Source of the DNA: Patescibacteria group bacterium
GTDB lineage: Bacteria > Patescibacteriota > Patescibacteriia > SG8-24
DNA: 64,000 bases
Assembly: GCA_028714475.1 (NCBI GenBank)
Contig: JAQTNC010000005.1
Location: 6,857 to 70,856, forward strand
Direction: 5' to 3'
In this document: positions 18,460 to 28,686 of the stretch, one piece after another
How the letters are laid out: each line of letters begins with the position of its first letter
Numbering within the stretch: position 1 is the first letter of the stretch
Notes under the pieces: generated by a model
Databases searched by the model: none
Seen by the model: only the letters and a program-made list of their open reading frames with translations
Told to the model about the DNA's origin: nothing
Program-made: the position numbers and the translations under genes

Positions 18460-18548
18460 TTGGATAAAAGCCAAAGGGCCGCCACGGGCGGTCCTTCGAC
18501 AGCGCGGCAAGTCGCATCGTGGTTGGAATTGAACTTCGGAGGATGTAC

Positions 18549-18932
18549 ATGGCAAAGAAGCTTGTCGATTTGTTTGATGCATGTCAGACGACTCGTGACG
18601 AGGTGGCCTTGGCAGAGCTCACCGCCGTCGGAATCGCGGTTGTCCACACCGAGCCACGCGACGACGTCAGAGGCCCGATCGTGTCCAGCGTTGCTGGTCA
18701 GCTTGGTGACATGATCATCGAGCGCAGTTACGCTGGATGGAGGGTGCCGATGCTCCAGTCGAACGTCGCACACGCCATCTTGGACGCGATGACTCTGACC
18801 GACCAACGGATGGAGGGATGCGTGACGAAGGTCGCGATGGACCGAGTGGCCGATGACACGACCATCCTGACCGACGGAGGCTTGGCTGCTCTTGCGAAGG
18901 TCTGCGCGGCCAACCCTACCGAAGGTGGGTAG
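18549..18932 (+). CDS. hypothetical protein
   Basis: GGAGG SD; followed by a hairpin at about 18965-18990. Confidence 0.55.
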   Translation: MAKKLVDLFDACQTTRDEVALAELTAVGIAVVHTEPRDDVRGPIVSSVAGQLGDMIIERSYAGWRVPMLQSNVAHAILDAMTLTDQRMEGCVTKVAMDRVADDTTILTDGGLAALAKVCAANPTEGG

Positions 18933-19050
18933 CGCTGTTCGTTCGAAAGCCTACGTAGTGCACTGACCGGGCGTCATTCGACGCCCGGTCGCGCCGCGGG
19001 TTTGCTGGTTTTCCTTAAAACCAGTTTTCTGTTTCCCTCATAATAATATT

Positions 19051-19157
19051 CCCCGAGCGGAGCGCAGCGGAGTCGAGGGGCAGGCCCTCCACTCGGGTCG
19101 GGCCAGAACTATTTTTTCCCGAGCGGACCCGCAATACTGCGGGGGAAGTCGAGGGGC
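19051..19157 (+). repeat. two CCCGAGCG...AGTCGAGGGG REPs, the second with a nested CCCGCAATACTGCGGG insert
   Basis: 19051-19080 and 19118-19157. Confidence 0.8.
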
Positions 19158-19289
19158 AACCGATTTATCCCGGCGACGCTGCCGCTATCGAGGCGGCCAA
19201 GCCCTTGATTTTTCCCCTGGAATTCGCTATATTTTAAGCATGTTTAACGAACGCCGCAGGAGACTGACCAGGCTTGGCGGCAACGACAA

Positions 19290-20879
19290 ATGATAAACCG
19301 AGAGCATCCAACCGATGACCGGGTGGAGCGGCAAGAAGTTGCCGCCGGTTTCGCGCCGGTCATCGAAAGTCGCGCCTCGCTTTATCATCCGACCGTGAGT
19401 TACGAGGTCGTCGTGGGTGATCGAACCCGCCTTCAGCGCGAAGCGGCGGCAGCGCCGGACTTGCAGACTGGGGAGGCTGACCAGGATAAACGCGCCATCC
19501 AGGCGGCCGCCGCCGTCGAGACCCAGTGCGCGCCGGCCTTGTCCGAGCGGCAGATCACCGGAATCATTCGGGGCGTATCGCCAGACGAGGCGCGTGAACG
19601 CGGCGCGAGCGCGGTCGCCGGCCGTTTGGCTTCAGCGGCGGCTGCGGATGCCTTGCGCCTGTTGCCACCCGGCGCCGATGCGGAGGCGACCAGGAGGTTT
19701 CTCTCGGACACCTGTCGGCAGGCTCGCGACACGGTAGATGGCTACGCGAAAAGACGCGGCTTCAAGAACATAGATTTGGCCTTGGATTTGTTGCGCCTGG
19801 TGCAGGATGAAGCGTTGCGGCGGCGAGAGGAAGCAGACTTGGTGTTCGCCCACGCCGGTGACGGACGCATCTATGTCCTCGACGGCGAGACGGAGGAGTT
19901 CCGTTGCTTGACCGCTGACGACGCTTTGGCGAAACAGGCGCCCGGGGGAAAGGCCGACGTTAAATCAGGTCTGGCCCGCATCAGAATGGGCGACCGCGTT
20001 TTCGTCGTTTCCGCTGGCGTCCATCACAACCTTTCTGAAGAAGCGCTGGCGCGTTTGCTCGCGGAAGGTGGCGTCAGGGCAGCGGCCGAGCGCGCTGAGG
20101 CCGTGGCGTTCGGCGGAAGCACGGAGCGCGGCCGACCCGGTGACATCACGGCCGTTGAGATCCCCTTCGGCGCGGTCCAGGCCGAGACGGCGGTCGCCCC
20201 GGCCGATGAGAAAGGCGATGCAGAAAGGCTGGCGCAGTTGGAAGAGAAGATCGTCCGGGTGTCGGGCGAAGTGGCGCGCCTCGCGAGGTTGCGTACGGCC
20301 GCTTTGGCCATCAAGGATCCGAAACTCGTCGCTCCGGGTTATGACGTCGCTTTCGCCAAAGCAAGGCTGGCGCGCGATGTCGAAACCGAAGGCGGCTTGG
20401 CGGAGATTGAAAGCAAGTTGCGTCCCGTTCGCATCCAATCCTTGTCGTTGCGGCAGGAAGCGCTGACTATCAGGGCTGGGACCGCCGCGACCGCCGCTGA
20501 CCAGTTGCGGCAGGCACACGATCGGGCCATGAGAATGCGGATAGCGGCTGGGGTGATCGCGGCCGAACAAGCACACCGACCGGTCGCCGGTATCATGGTT
20601 GACCCCGGCGCGGGCGCGGCGGTGCGGCAAATGCTTTCAGCAGGTGGCGACGCGCGGGGTTTGCACGATCGGTTTAAGGTTGAAGTTGACGAGACCGAGC
20701 GCCGGCTTAAGGCGCTCGAAGCGACCAATCCCGTTTTGGTGGAGTTGGACAGGACGACGCGCGAACTGCGGAAGCTCCAGCAGGAGGAAATTCTGGCGAG
20801 ACCGACGGCGAGGCCGAAACCCGACAGCGGTTCCATAAAAAAACCTGGCGCCGTTCTTCCGGAACGCCGGGCGGGGTGA
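19290..20879 (+). CDS. degenerate PP2C/PPM-like domain plus coiled-coil C-terminus (probable pseudophosphatase)
   Basis: AGRLAS, AHAGDGRIY, LTADD, GDRVFVVSAGV and PGDITAV follow PP2C motif order, but the metal-binding Asp residues are substituted. Confidence 0.7.
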   Translation: MINREHPTDDRVERQEVAAGFAPVIESRASLYHPTVSYEVVVGDRTRLQREAAAAPDLQTGEADQDKRAIQAAAAVETQCAPALSERQITGIIRGVSPDEARERGASAVAGRLASAAAADALRLLPPGADAEATRRFLSDTCRQARDTVDGYAKRRGFKNIDLALDLLRLVQDEALRRREEADLVFAHAGDGRIYVLDGETEEFRCLTADDALAKQAPGGKADVKSGLARIRMGDRVFVVSAGVHHNLSEEALARLLAEGGVRAAAERAEAVAFGGSTERGRPGDITAVEIPFGAVQAETAVAPADEKGDAERLAQLEEKIVRVSGEVARLARLRTAALAIKDPKLVAPGYDVAFAKARLARDVETEGGLAEIESKLRPVRIQSLSLRQEALTIRAGTAATAADQLRQAHDRAMRMRIAAGVIAAEQAHRPVAGIMVDPGAGAAVRQMLSAGGDARGLHDRFKVEVDETERRLKALEATNPVLVELDRTTRELRKLQQEEILARPTARPKPDSGSIKKPGAVLPERRAG

Positions 20880-21066
20880 AGATATTTTGAATTGCCGCAC
20901 GATTTTCGCCCCGGTGGGCGTTTTTTTGTTATGGGCGGCGCGGCAGCGGTGACGCCAGATTCCGTCAGCCCAACGCCGGCCACTGCCATCTGCCATTTAC
21001 TGCCTCCTTGCGCTTTTTTTGCGGTTCCGCTAAAACCCCTAAAATGAAAAACTAACCGTTTCGCCT

Positions 21067-22314
21067 ATGCGCGATCAGCCCAGTTTGTCTGCAGGCGCGG
21101 ACGCATCGCCCCTGTGGCCGTGTCAAACGCTTCAGCCCGTCGAGCCGGAATACCACGAACTGTTTCCCGGGGCCGTTCTCCGGCGCTATGCCGCTGATTT
21201 TCCCGCTCACGGCTTGGCCGATGCGGTCCGGACCAATGTTTTCGAAGCCATCTTCGATGACGGAACGTGCCGTTTCGGCCTGCGCCATTCCGTCAAACCG
21301 AAATCGCCATGGGATTTCCTGTCGTCTGGCGAGTCGGCGGTCGTCATGAACGCCGGCTTTTGTTTTGTCGCCGATCACTCGCCGATGAAGCCGGTGAACC
21401 ACTCATATCATTTTCAGGCCTTGGGACGGCGGCTCATGAGCCTGCCGACGAAGACGAAGACAGCGCTCGTCTGTCGCGACGGGCGGTTTAGTCCGGCCAG
21501 GGTCGAGGCACGCGGCCGCTTGCGGATCGGCGCGACGGAAATGGTATGGGTCGGCAGTCACGAGGCGGACGGAGAAGCGGGGGAGAAGGCGATTGTCTTC
21601 GGCTTGGCTAACCAGACCCTGCGCAAGGACGAGCGCGGCATCGCGGCGATGCCAGACGACGGCATCATCGGGTGCCCACGAGGTTGTCGGCAGGTTCTCA
21701 TGCGTAACGGTCTGGACGGCAACCTCGTGGTCGCGGAAATTACCGGCGCAAGCGTGCCCGTTTTGACGGCGACGGTCATCCTCCAGGTGCCGGAAGCGAT
21801 GGCCGGACGATTACGTGTCGGCGATGCCGTTGAGGATTGGGTCGTCGGCGGGTTTTCCGCCCGTGATTTCGACGCGGCCGTCACGACGAGCGTTGAGCTG
21901 GGCTCGAATCCGGACGACCTTGCCGCCGCTGTCGAGGCCGAGCGCGTCATCATGGCGCGGCATCCGGACGGCTCGCCGTTCTATCGCAATCTCGATTCGC
22001 CCAAGGGCCGCGCCGCGGTTTTCGAGACGCAAGACGGTCGAGTTCACTTCCTCATCATCGATGCCCGTCCGGATGACCAGAACCAGAAAGGCGTCACGCT
22101 CGGCCAGCTCGCCCGATGGCTTCGGCGAGGCGGCGAGCCGCGCTGGGCCGTTTCCGTTGACGGCGGCCAATCCGCCAAGATCGGCTGGTCGGTGGGCGGT
22201 CGTCGGGATGTCGTCGGTAACCTTCATTACGTGAATTACGACCGCCCCAGGCCGTTCTGGGACGGATGGCGCGGCCGGCCAGTCACGTCCTGCGTGGCCG
22301 CTTGGCCGGTTTAG
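21067..22314 (+). CDS. phosphodiester glycosidase (NAGPA-like) family protein
   Basis: VMNAGF; KGRAAV...DGRVHFLIIDAR...GVTLGQLA...AVSVDGGQS. Confidence 0.75.
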   Translation: MRDQPSLSAGADASPLWPCQTLQPVEPEYHELFPGAVLRRYAADFPAHGLADAVRTNVFEAIFDDGTCRFGLRHSVKPKSPWDFLSSGESAVVMNAGFCFVADHSPMKPVNHSYHFQALGRRLMSLPTKTKTALVCRDGRFSPARVEARGRLRIGATEMVWVGSHEADGEAGEKAIVFGLANQTLRKDERGIAAMPDDGIIGCPRGCRQVLMRNGLDGNLVVAEITGASVPVLTATVILQVPEAMAGRLRVGDAVEDWVVGGFSARDFDAAVTTSVELGSNPDDLAAAVEAERVIMARHPDGSPFYRNLDSPKGRAAVFETQDGRVHFLIIDARPDDQNQKGVTLGQLARWLRRGGEPRWAVSVDGGQSAKIGWSVGGRRDVVGNLHYVNYDRPRPFWDGWRGRPVTSCVAAWPV

Positions 22315-22336
22315 AGCCTATCCAAAACGCATCAAT

Positions 22337-23230
22337 ATGAAAAAAGTCGAACTCGTCGAATCCGTCCGCCGCCAAACCACCATCGCCAGTCCGGCGACGA
22401 TACGCGGTTACTCACTAACAGGTTTCCAGCCGTGTACAGCGGAGCTTCTTCCCGCTCCGGCCGATCACGGCATCGTTTTCGAGGTTGCCGGCCAGCCGGT
22501 GGCGGTTAGCTTGGAAAATTTGGTGGTCGGCGGCCCGACGCACACGACCGCCTTGACGAACGGCAATGCGCAAGTCATCACAGTGGAACATTTTCTCGCC
22601 GCCGTGAGCGCCATGAACGTTGACAACCTTCTCGTCCGCTTCGGCAAGCTCGGCCTGCCCTTGCCGGATTTTTCGGCCGCCGCCTACGCTGACGCGCTGG
22701 CGGAAGCCGGCTGCGTTGAGTTGTCCGCCTTTCGCCGCGAGTACGTTGTTCGCGCGCCCTTTCGCGTTGAGGAACCGGATGACGGACGATACGCGGAAAT
22801 CAAGCCGCTCGACGGCCGCGATGGCTTCGTCGCCGAAACCGTCACCGTCTTTGATGACCCAATCGGCGAGATGTCGGCGCACTTCGTGAGCGGCGAAACC
22901 GATTTTCGACGCGACCTCGCTTGGGCGCGGAGCTTCGTGCCGCGGCCGCTCGACGACGCGGGCGAAAGGTGGGTGAAGGTGCGCGCACGATACCCCATCC
23001 TGCCCGAAGACCCGAAGGAGTCGCCGCTCGTCGTCTTCGGCAAGGACGGCTTCATCACGCCGCTCCGTGGACCCGACGAACCAGGTCGGCACAAGCTGGT
23101 GGATTTACTCGGCGACCTGACGCTCGCCGGGCATCGCCTCGTCGGCGAAATGAAGGTCTTCAAGCCAGGACACAGCTTCAACGCCACTGTCGCAAGAAGG
23201 ATTCGTGAGGAAGCGGGCGGGGGTAGCTAG
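22337..23230 (+). CDS. lpxC: UDP-3-O-acyl-N-acetylglucosamine deacetylase homologue
   Basis: RQTTI, PAPADHGIVF, TVEHFLAA, ARSF, RHKLVDLLGDL and PGHSFN: the Zn ligands and catalytic Glu/His are present. Confidence 0.88.
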   Translation: MKKVELVESVRRQTTIASPATIRGYSLTGFQPCTAELLPAPADHGIVFEVAGQPVAVSLENLVVGGPTHTTALTNGNAQVITVEHFLAAVSAMNVDNLLVRFGKLGLPLPDFSAAAYADALAEAGCVELSAFRREYVVRAPFRVEEPDDGRYAEIKPLDGRDGFVAETVTVFDDPIGEMSAHFVSGETDFRRDLAWARSFVPRPLDDAGERWVKVRARYPILPEDPKESPLVVFGKDGFITPLRGPDEPGRHKLVDLLGDLTLAGHRLVGEMKVFKPGHSFNATVARRIREEAGGGS

Positions 23231-23251
23231 TAGCTATTCTCGACGCAAGAC

Positions 23252-23279
23252 AGCGGCTGGTTTAAGGAAACCAGCCGCT
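23252..23279. terminator. hairpin between convergent lpxC and FGE genes
   Basis: agcggctggttt-aagg-aaaccagccgct. Confidence 0.7.
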
Positions 23280-23299
23280 TTACGAAACGCCCCGAACCC

Positions 23300-23998
23300 T
23301 CAAGGAAGATTAACGGCCAGCCGGAAGCCGACCGTCGGGGCGCGGCCGGCGACATCCATGAGCCCGCGTCGCGCGACGCCGACGGAAAACGCGCAATGCC
23401 GCCAATCGCCGCCTTTGACGATGCAGTACATCCCGTCCGTCTCCGCCCCGTCAGAACCAAGCGCGTAGTGCGTGCCGAGCATCATCTGCTGGACGTTGCC
23501 CGTGACGTGATGGAGCCCAAGATGATTGGCGGCGAAATTCGGATCATCGACGTCCGTAGGGCCGATCACGCCGTCGCCGCGCGAACGGGCGCGGCTAGTA
23601 TCCGGCGCGTCGCCCCAGGGGAACTCCAGGCCGAACGGCGCGGCCGCCGCCGTCCATTGCGCCTCGGTCGGTAGGGTCAACTCAAAACCGTGTCGCCGCG
23701 ACAGCCAGCGGGCATAACGGATCGCCTCAAGATACGTCACGTCGGTCACCGGTTGGCGGTCGCGCGGCGAGGTGAGCGGCCGTTGGTACTGCGGACGGAA
23801 CCGCTCGAATTCAGCGTTGGTCACGCAACACCGCGCGATCCAGAACGGCCTGGTGTCAGCGAAACGCACCGGGGTCTCGTTGCGCCGATGCCCTTCGAGT
23901 CGGCAGGGGAGCGGCTTGTTCGTGCCGAGGCGCACGTCACCGCCCGGCACGCGGACAAAACCCAGTTCGACGAGTGGCAAACACGATGAAGCAGTCAT
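23300..23998 (-). CDS. formylglycine-generating-enzyme (SUMF1/FGE-sulfatase) domain protein
   Basis: VTNAEF, PVTDVT, LPTEAQW, FPWG, GLHHVTGNV, KGGDW, VGFRL. Confidence 0.9.
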   Translation of the reverse strand: MTASSCLPLVELGFVRVPGGDVRLGTNKPLPCRLEGHRRNETPVRFADTRPFWIARCCVTNAEFERFRPQYQRPLTSPRDRQPVTDVTYLEAIRYARWLSRRHGFELTLPTEAQWTAAAAPFGLEFPWGDAPDTSRARSRGDGVIGPTDVDDPNFAANHLGLHHVTGNVQQMMLGTHYALGSDGAETDGMYCIVKGGDWRHCAFSVGVARRGLMDVAGRAPTVGFRLAVNLP

Positions 23999-24335
23999 GG
24001 CGAATCTCCTATTGTAGGGTTGCGGGTTGAGAATGAACCTTGAAACGCGCCATTTTTACGTCCGCCCTCGGCCTTTGTCAACAGCATATTTTTTTGCTGT
24101 GTTGACACTAATTATTTTTATCTCGAAGCCGTCCGCGTGATGCCAATTGAACCAACGGGCAAGGCCATAATCTATTTCGGTTGGTTGCCGCCGCGCGAGC
24201 TACAAAATAATTGGCTCACCAAGTCAAAAAAGACTATAATAGGTATAGTTTTCGCCTCGACGACATTCGTTCGAAATGACGAGCAGTAATTATATTATTC
24301 AGCGGCCCAGCCGCTTAAGCGTCAGCATTCACCTT

Positions 24336-25379
24336 ATGAAAAAAACATTTTTTGCCCTCATGGCCTGTTTGGTTCTGGCCGGAGCCGGTTGTGTCGGTGG
24401 CACCGCGCCGACCACGACGCCCGTCACCGCGGAGCCCAAGGAAACCCCGGTGTTCATCGGCCTTTCCCTCGGGACGCTACGCGAGGAGCGGTGGGCGACC
24501 GATCGCGATTTTATCATCGAGCGCGCCAAACAGCTCGGCGCGGTCGTCAACGTGGAGAACGCCAATTCCGACGCGGACAAGCAGATGGAACAGGCGGAGA
24601 AGCTCATAAACCAGGGTGTCCAAGTGCTGATTGTCGTCCCTCATGACGGGGAAAAGGCGGCCGCCATCGTCGAGCGTGCGCACAAGGCCGGCGTCAAGGT
24701 CATCGCTTACGATCGCCTCATCAAGAACAGCGACCTCGATCTCTACGTCTCTTTCGATAGCGTGAAGGTCGGTCGCATGGAAGCGGAGGCCGTCGTGGCC
24801 GTGGCTCCGAAAGGCGACTATGCCTATGTTGGCGGCGCGGAGACCGACAACAACGCGACCTTGCTCAAGAACGGCACGATGCAGATCCTGCAGCCGAAGG
24901 TCGACAGTGGCGACATCAAGCTGGTTGTGGACGAGTTCACCCCCAACTGGCAGCCGGACTTGGCGTACAAGACCGTCAAGAATTATCTCGCGACCGGCAA
25001 GAAGCTTGACGGCGTAATCGCGGCCAACGACGGCACGGCCTTCGGTGCCATTCAGGCACTCAAGGAAAAGGGCTTGGCCGGTAAGGTGCCGGTTTCCGGC
25101 CAGGACGCGGAACTGTCGGCTTGCCAGCGCCTGGTGGACGGCACCCAAACCGTGACGGTGTATAAGCCGATAAGATCGCTGGCTGATCAGGCCGTCAACT
25201 TGGCCATTGCCCTCGCGAAAGACCGGGCACCAACCGTGAACAGCGTGACCAACAACGGCAAGATCGACGTCCCGTCCTTCATGATCGATCCGGTGGCCGT
25301 GACCAAGGACAACCTCATGGACACCGTCGTCAAGGACGGATTCCATTCCTACGACGAGATTTACGGCGCCAGCCGCTAG
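24336..25379 (+). CDS. xylF: D-xylose-type sugar-binding lipoprotein (XylF-like)
   Basis: Lipobox GAGC; EERWATDRD, VIAYDRLI, DNNA, AANDGTA, GQDA, TVYKP. Confidence 0.88.
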   Translation: MKKTFFALMACLVLAGAGCVGGTAPTTTPVTAEPKETPVFIGLSLGTLREERWATDRDFIIERAKQLGAVVNVENANSDADKQMEQAEKLINQGVQVLIVVPHDGEKAAAIVERAHKAGVKVIAYDRLIKNSDLDLYVSFDSVKVGRMEAEAVVAVAPKGDYAYVGGAETDNNATLLKNGTMQILQPKVDSGDIKLVVDEFTPNWQPDLAYKTVKNYLATGKKLDGVIAANDGTAFGAIQALKEKGLAGKVPVSGQDAELSACQRLVDGTQTVTVYKPIRSLADQAVNLAIALAKDRAPTVNSVTNNGKIDVPSFMIDPVAVTKDNLMDTVVKDGFHSYDEIYGASR

Positions 25380-25463
25380 GTCGGCACCGTCATGCCGTGG
25401 AGGCGGGGTTCGGCGATCAGCGCCGCCCCGTCTCCGCGGCAGCAGCACCAGGCACCAACGCCC

Positions 25464-27629
25464 ATGCAGAGCGCCAGAACCAAGCTTTTGATCGCTTTTC
25501 TGTCGGCCATCGCCGTTTTTCTGGCGGTGGAAGTCGTTTTGTTCATATTTTACGCCCGCGTCGTAGGGCAATATCAGGATGTGACGAGCAACGTGCTCGT
25601 TGAGTACCGGCTGGTCGAGGCGGCTGGCGAGTTGCCGGAAGACTACAACGGTGTCCTCAAGAACCTCAACAGCCTTGAACGACGCCAGAAATATACCAGC
25701 TTGCGCGACGAGATCATCGCCACGCTGGGTACCCTCGACCAGACCATCATTTACGGCGACAGCCGCATCGCCTTCTTGAGCGTGCGCAACACGATGTTGA
25801 GTCTCATCAGCGAATGTGACGCCGGCATCGAGGAGGTCGTGCGCGGCGACTTCACGAAGATGTCGGCCCATTACGACGAGTCCTTGCGTCTGGCGGGGTT
25901 CGTCAGGGAGAGCAGCACCGCCTTGCTGCTCAAGGAGATCGAATACACCAAAAGCCTGCAGCAGGATATCGCCAAGAGCCAGAACGACGTCAGCGCGATG
26001 GCGATGGTGCTGTTCCTGTTTTTGGCGGCGGGCGGCGTGATTTTCTCGGTGGTGTTGGCGCACATGATCGTTTGGCCGGTGACGCGTTTGGCGGTCGTCG
26101 CCAAGTCATTGGCCGCCGGTTCCTTTGACGTCAAGGTCGATGATTGGCTGGCTCGGCGTGATGATGATTACGGGCGGGCTGGCCGAGACTTGGGCGTCGT
26201 GGCGGCGGAACGGAAGCGCACCGTGGAGCGGCTAAAGGAAACGGAGAGCCGGGTGGAAACAGCCAATGCGGAGTTGAAGAATGATGTTCGGCAGTTGAAT
26301 GAACTGGCGACGTCGGCGGCCGAGGCGAATGCCCGGCTGGTGATGCGGACAAGCCACGAGGAATCAGCGGGCCGGATCATCCAGGGGCTCGTGAAGTTGC
26401 CGGACGTGTCGGCAGCCAGCGAGGACGCGTTGGCCGAGATCTGGCGCCTGCTGGGCGCCGACTTGGTTCAGCTCGCGATTTTTTCCGGGGATGAGGTTCG
26501 GGAGATGGCCGTTTGGCCGCCGCTCGGCGAGAGCGAGCGATTGCGCTTGACGTCCGAAGCAGGCGGCTTTGTCGCGTATGTTGCCAAGTCGGAACAGCCA
26601 GTGGTTTCTGACCTGACTGACGAGAAAAGGTTCAGCCTTGATCCGTCGTGGGCGCATCTCGGTTACCATCGCGTCATTGGCGTGGCCGTGCCTGGGGCCG
26701 GTGGCAACGCGATCGGCTTGCTGACGGTCTGCTTTCGCAAGTCGGGTGACGGTGATGGCGTCTTGGTCGGCTTCTTGAAGACAGTCAGCGGCGCGCTCGG
26801 CCTGGCCTTGGATCGCGCCCGGGAGGTCGAGCAGGGTGCTGGTCGTGAGGCCATTCGCGACTGGCTTACGTTGGCCGTCACGCGGGATTTGCGGACGCCG
26901 CTCGCCGCCGTGCATTGGAACCTGCAGGCCGTCATGGAGGGCCGAGCGGGACACCTGGAAAAACAGCCGCTGGAATTCCTGCGCGCGACAGCAGAAACGA
27001 TGGCGATGGTTTATGGGCGGCTGGATGACATGATGACCGCCTTGGATATCGCGGAAGGGCGATTGACGATTGTCGCCGAACCGTTCCGTCCGGAAGACGT
27101 CTGGTCGCCCGTTCAGGAATCCCTCAAGGATCGGTTCGAGGCGAAGCACATCCATCTGGAATACAATCCGCCGCCGGCGCCTTTGGCGACCATCACGGCT
27201 GACCGCACGAAGACGCAAGCGGTCATGAGCAAGCTGCTCATGAATGCGCTTTCCGGCTCGCTTCCGGGCGGCACGGTTCGCGTGCGTTTGGCGCTTGAGA
27301 AAGAACGTTTCCGTTTTGAGGTGAGCGATGACGGCGTCGGTATTCCCCGCGCCGACCAAGCGGGAATTTTCCGGCTGCTCCGGCCCGGGCCAAACGCCAC
27401 CCATGAGCCGGACGCCGCCGGGTTGGAACTGTTCATCGTCAAGAGCCTCATCGAGCGACAGGGCGGCAGCGTCGGTTTCCGCAGCGAAGAGGCGCGCGGC
27501 AGCGTTTTCTGGTTTGAATTGCCGCTCGCGTACGACAAAGCCGGCGAGGCTGGCAAGAGTCCGGCCAAAACCGCCAAAGGAGAAGAACCGGGCGCCACTG
27601 GATTACGTGACGGCCAACGAACCCCCTAA
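25464..27629 (+). CDS. sensor kinase-like protein (TM-periplasmic-TM-HAMP-GAF-HisKA-HATPase) lacking the phospho-His
   Basis: H-box reads TRDLRTPL; N-box LMNAL, DDGVGIP, degenerate G2 AAGLEL. Confidence 0.88.
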   Translation: MQSARTKLLIAFLSAIAVFLAVEVVLFIFYARVVGQYQDVTSNVLVEYRLVEAAGELPEDYNGVLKNLNSLERRQKYTSLRDEIIATLGTLDQTIIYGDSRIAFLSVRNTMLSLISECDAGIEEVVRGDFTKMSAHYDESLRLAGFVRESSTALLLKEIEYTKSLQQDIAKSQNDVSAMAMVLFLFLAAGGVIFSVVLAHMIVWPVTRLAVVAKSLAAGSFDVKVDDWLARRDDDYGRAGRDLGVVAAERKRTVERLKETESRVETANAELKNDVRQLNELATSAAEANARLVMRTSHEESAGRIIQGLVKLPDVSAASEDALAEIWRLLGADLVQLAIFSGDEVREMAVWPPLGESERLRLTSEAGGFVAYVAKSEQPVVSDLTDEKRFSLDPSWAHLGYHRVIGVAVPGAGGNAIGLLTVCFRKSGDGDGVLVGFLKTVSGALGLALDRAREVEQGAGREAIRDWLTLAVTRDLRTPLAAVHWNLQAVMEGRAGHLEKQPLEFLRATAETMAMVYGRLDDMMTALDIAEGRLTIVAEPFRPEDVWSPVQESLKDRFEAKHIHLEYNPPPAPLATITADRTKTQAVMSKLLMNALSGSLPGGTVRVRLALEKERFRFEVSDDGVGIPRADQAGIFRLLRPGPNATHEPDAAGLELFIVKSLIERQGGSVGFRSEEARGSVFWFELPLAYDKAGEAGKSPAKTAKGEEPGATGLRDGQRTP

Positions 27630-27673
27630 TGTTTTTGGTCGGGTTGGTTCACGACCGACCCGCCAACGCCCAT

Positions 27674-28675
27674 ATGAGAAAAAGCGTCATCATCCTGTTG
27701 GTTTGTGTGCTGATTCTGGCCATCGGCTGCTGGTTGGCTGCAGTGCGGCTTTCCGACCGGAAAACGGACAATCTGATTTCGCCGACCGTGACGATGGAAC
27801 CGGTGAAGGTTGGCCTGGTCGGTTCCCCGTCCGCGCGCTTTGCCGGGGAATATTTCGCGAGTCAAGGCGGGCTTTACGCCCAGCGCGGCTTGGACGTCAG
27901 TTTCGGCTCCAGTACCAGCCAGGAAATATTGGCCAAGGTGATTTCCGGCGAATATCAGTTTGGCTTGTTGTCGGCTGACGCCCTGATTAAGGCGAAGGCG
28001 GGAGGGCGGCCTTTGACGGCCGTGTTCGTGACCTATCGGGTTTGTCCCGTAGCGTTTTTCATTCGGCCCGGTTCGGGCATCGCGACAGCGGCGGATTTCG
28101 TCAACCGGAAAATCGGGGTCAATGACGACGAACGCCTGCCGTTTCGGTCGGCCATGCGTCGGGCTGGCGTCGCGGCCGGTGCTTGGCAGGAGGTGCCGCG
28201 CGGTGACAGCTTCGCGCCCTTCCTGAACGGCGACTATGACGTGCTGGTCGGCTGGGTTTCGGACGCCTACCGTCTGGGGCAAGCCGACGGCAGCCCGTAC
28301 GTGACGATAACGGCGGCGGATTTGGGTGTCCAGAACATGACTGACGTCATCGTGACCACCGAGGATTTCCTGAAGCGACAGCCGGAAATCATTCGCGGTT
28401 TCGTGGTGGCCACGCAGGAAGGGTGGCAGAAGTCCTTTGAGGAAACGAACCAGGCCGTTCAGTATGTCCATCATTTCCAAGCCGACGCGACCGCGGAAGG
28501 GACGACGACTGAACTGCAGGCCCTACATCCCTTCATCCAGCCCAACGTCGGTTCGGTCATCGGCGAATCCTCGTTTGTCGATTGGCGCCGCAGTGTCGAG
28601 GCACTGGACGAGCTGGATCATTTTCGTCAAGGCATTGACGTCGCCAGCCTGTATGACATGTCGTTCCTGCCCTGA
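27674..28675 (+). CDS. NMT1/THI5-like solute-binding protein
   Basis: Signal/TM; FAGEYFA...GLYAQRGLDV; FLNGDYDV; IVTTEDFLKRQPEIIRGFV. Confidence 0.85.
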   Translation: MRKSVIILLVCVLILAIGCWLAAVRLSDRKTDNLISPTVTMEPVKVGLVGSPSARFAGEYFASQGGLYAQRGLDVSFGSSTSQEILAKVISGEYQFGLLSADALIKAKAGGRPLTAVFVTYRVCPVAFFIRPGSGIATAADFVNRKIGVNDDERLPFRSAMRRAGVAAGAWQEVPRGDSFAPFLNGDYDVLVGWVSDAYRLGQADGSPYVTITAADLGVQNMTDVIVTTEDFLKRQPEIIRGFVVATQEGWQKSFEETNQAVQYVHHFQADATAEGTTTELQALHPFIQPNVGSVIGESSFVDWRRSVEALDELDHFRQGIDVASLYDMSFLP

Positions 28676-28686
28676 ATGACGAAAAC

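Noticed and set aside
23300-23998. Diversity-generating retroelement target (FGE/C-lectin fold; also the lectin-like tips at 47449 and 48374)
   Set aside because: No reverse transcriptase and no near-identical TR/VR pair differing at adenines was seen; a remote DGR cannot be excluded.
24477-26063. 528-aa minus-strand ORF
   Set aside because: Antisense shadow of xylF and kinase 1 caused by high GC3; no recognisable motifs.
24336-28675. Xylose or thiamine-precursor ABC transporter operon
   Set aside because: No permease or ABC ATPase genes are adjacent; both binding proteins are followed by sensor-kinase-like genes.
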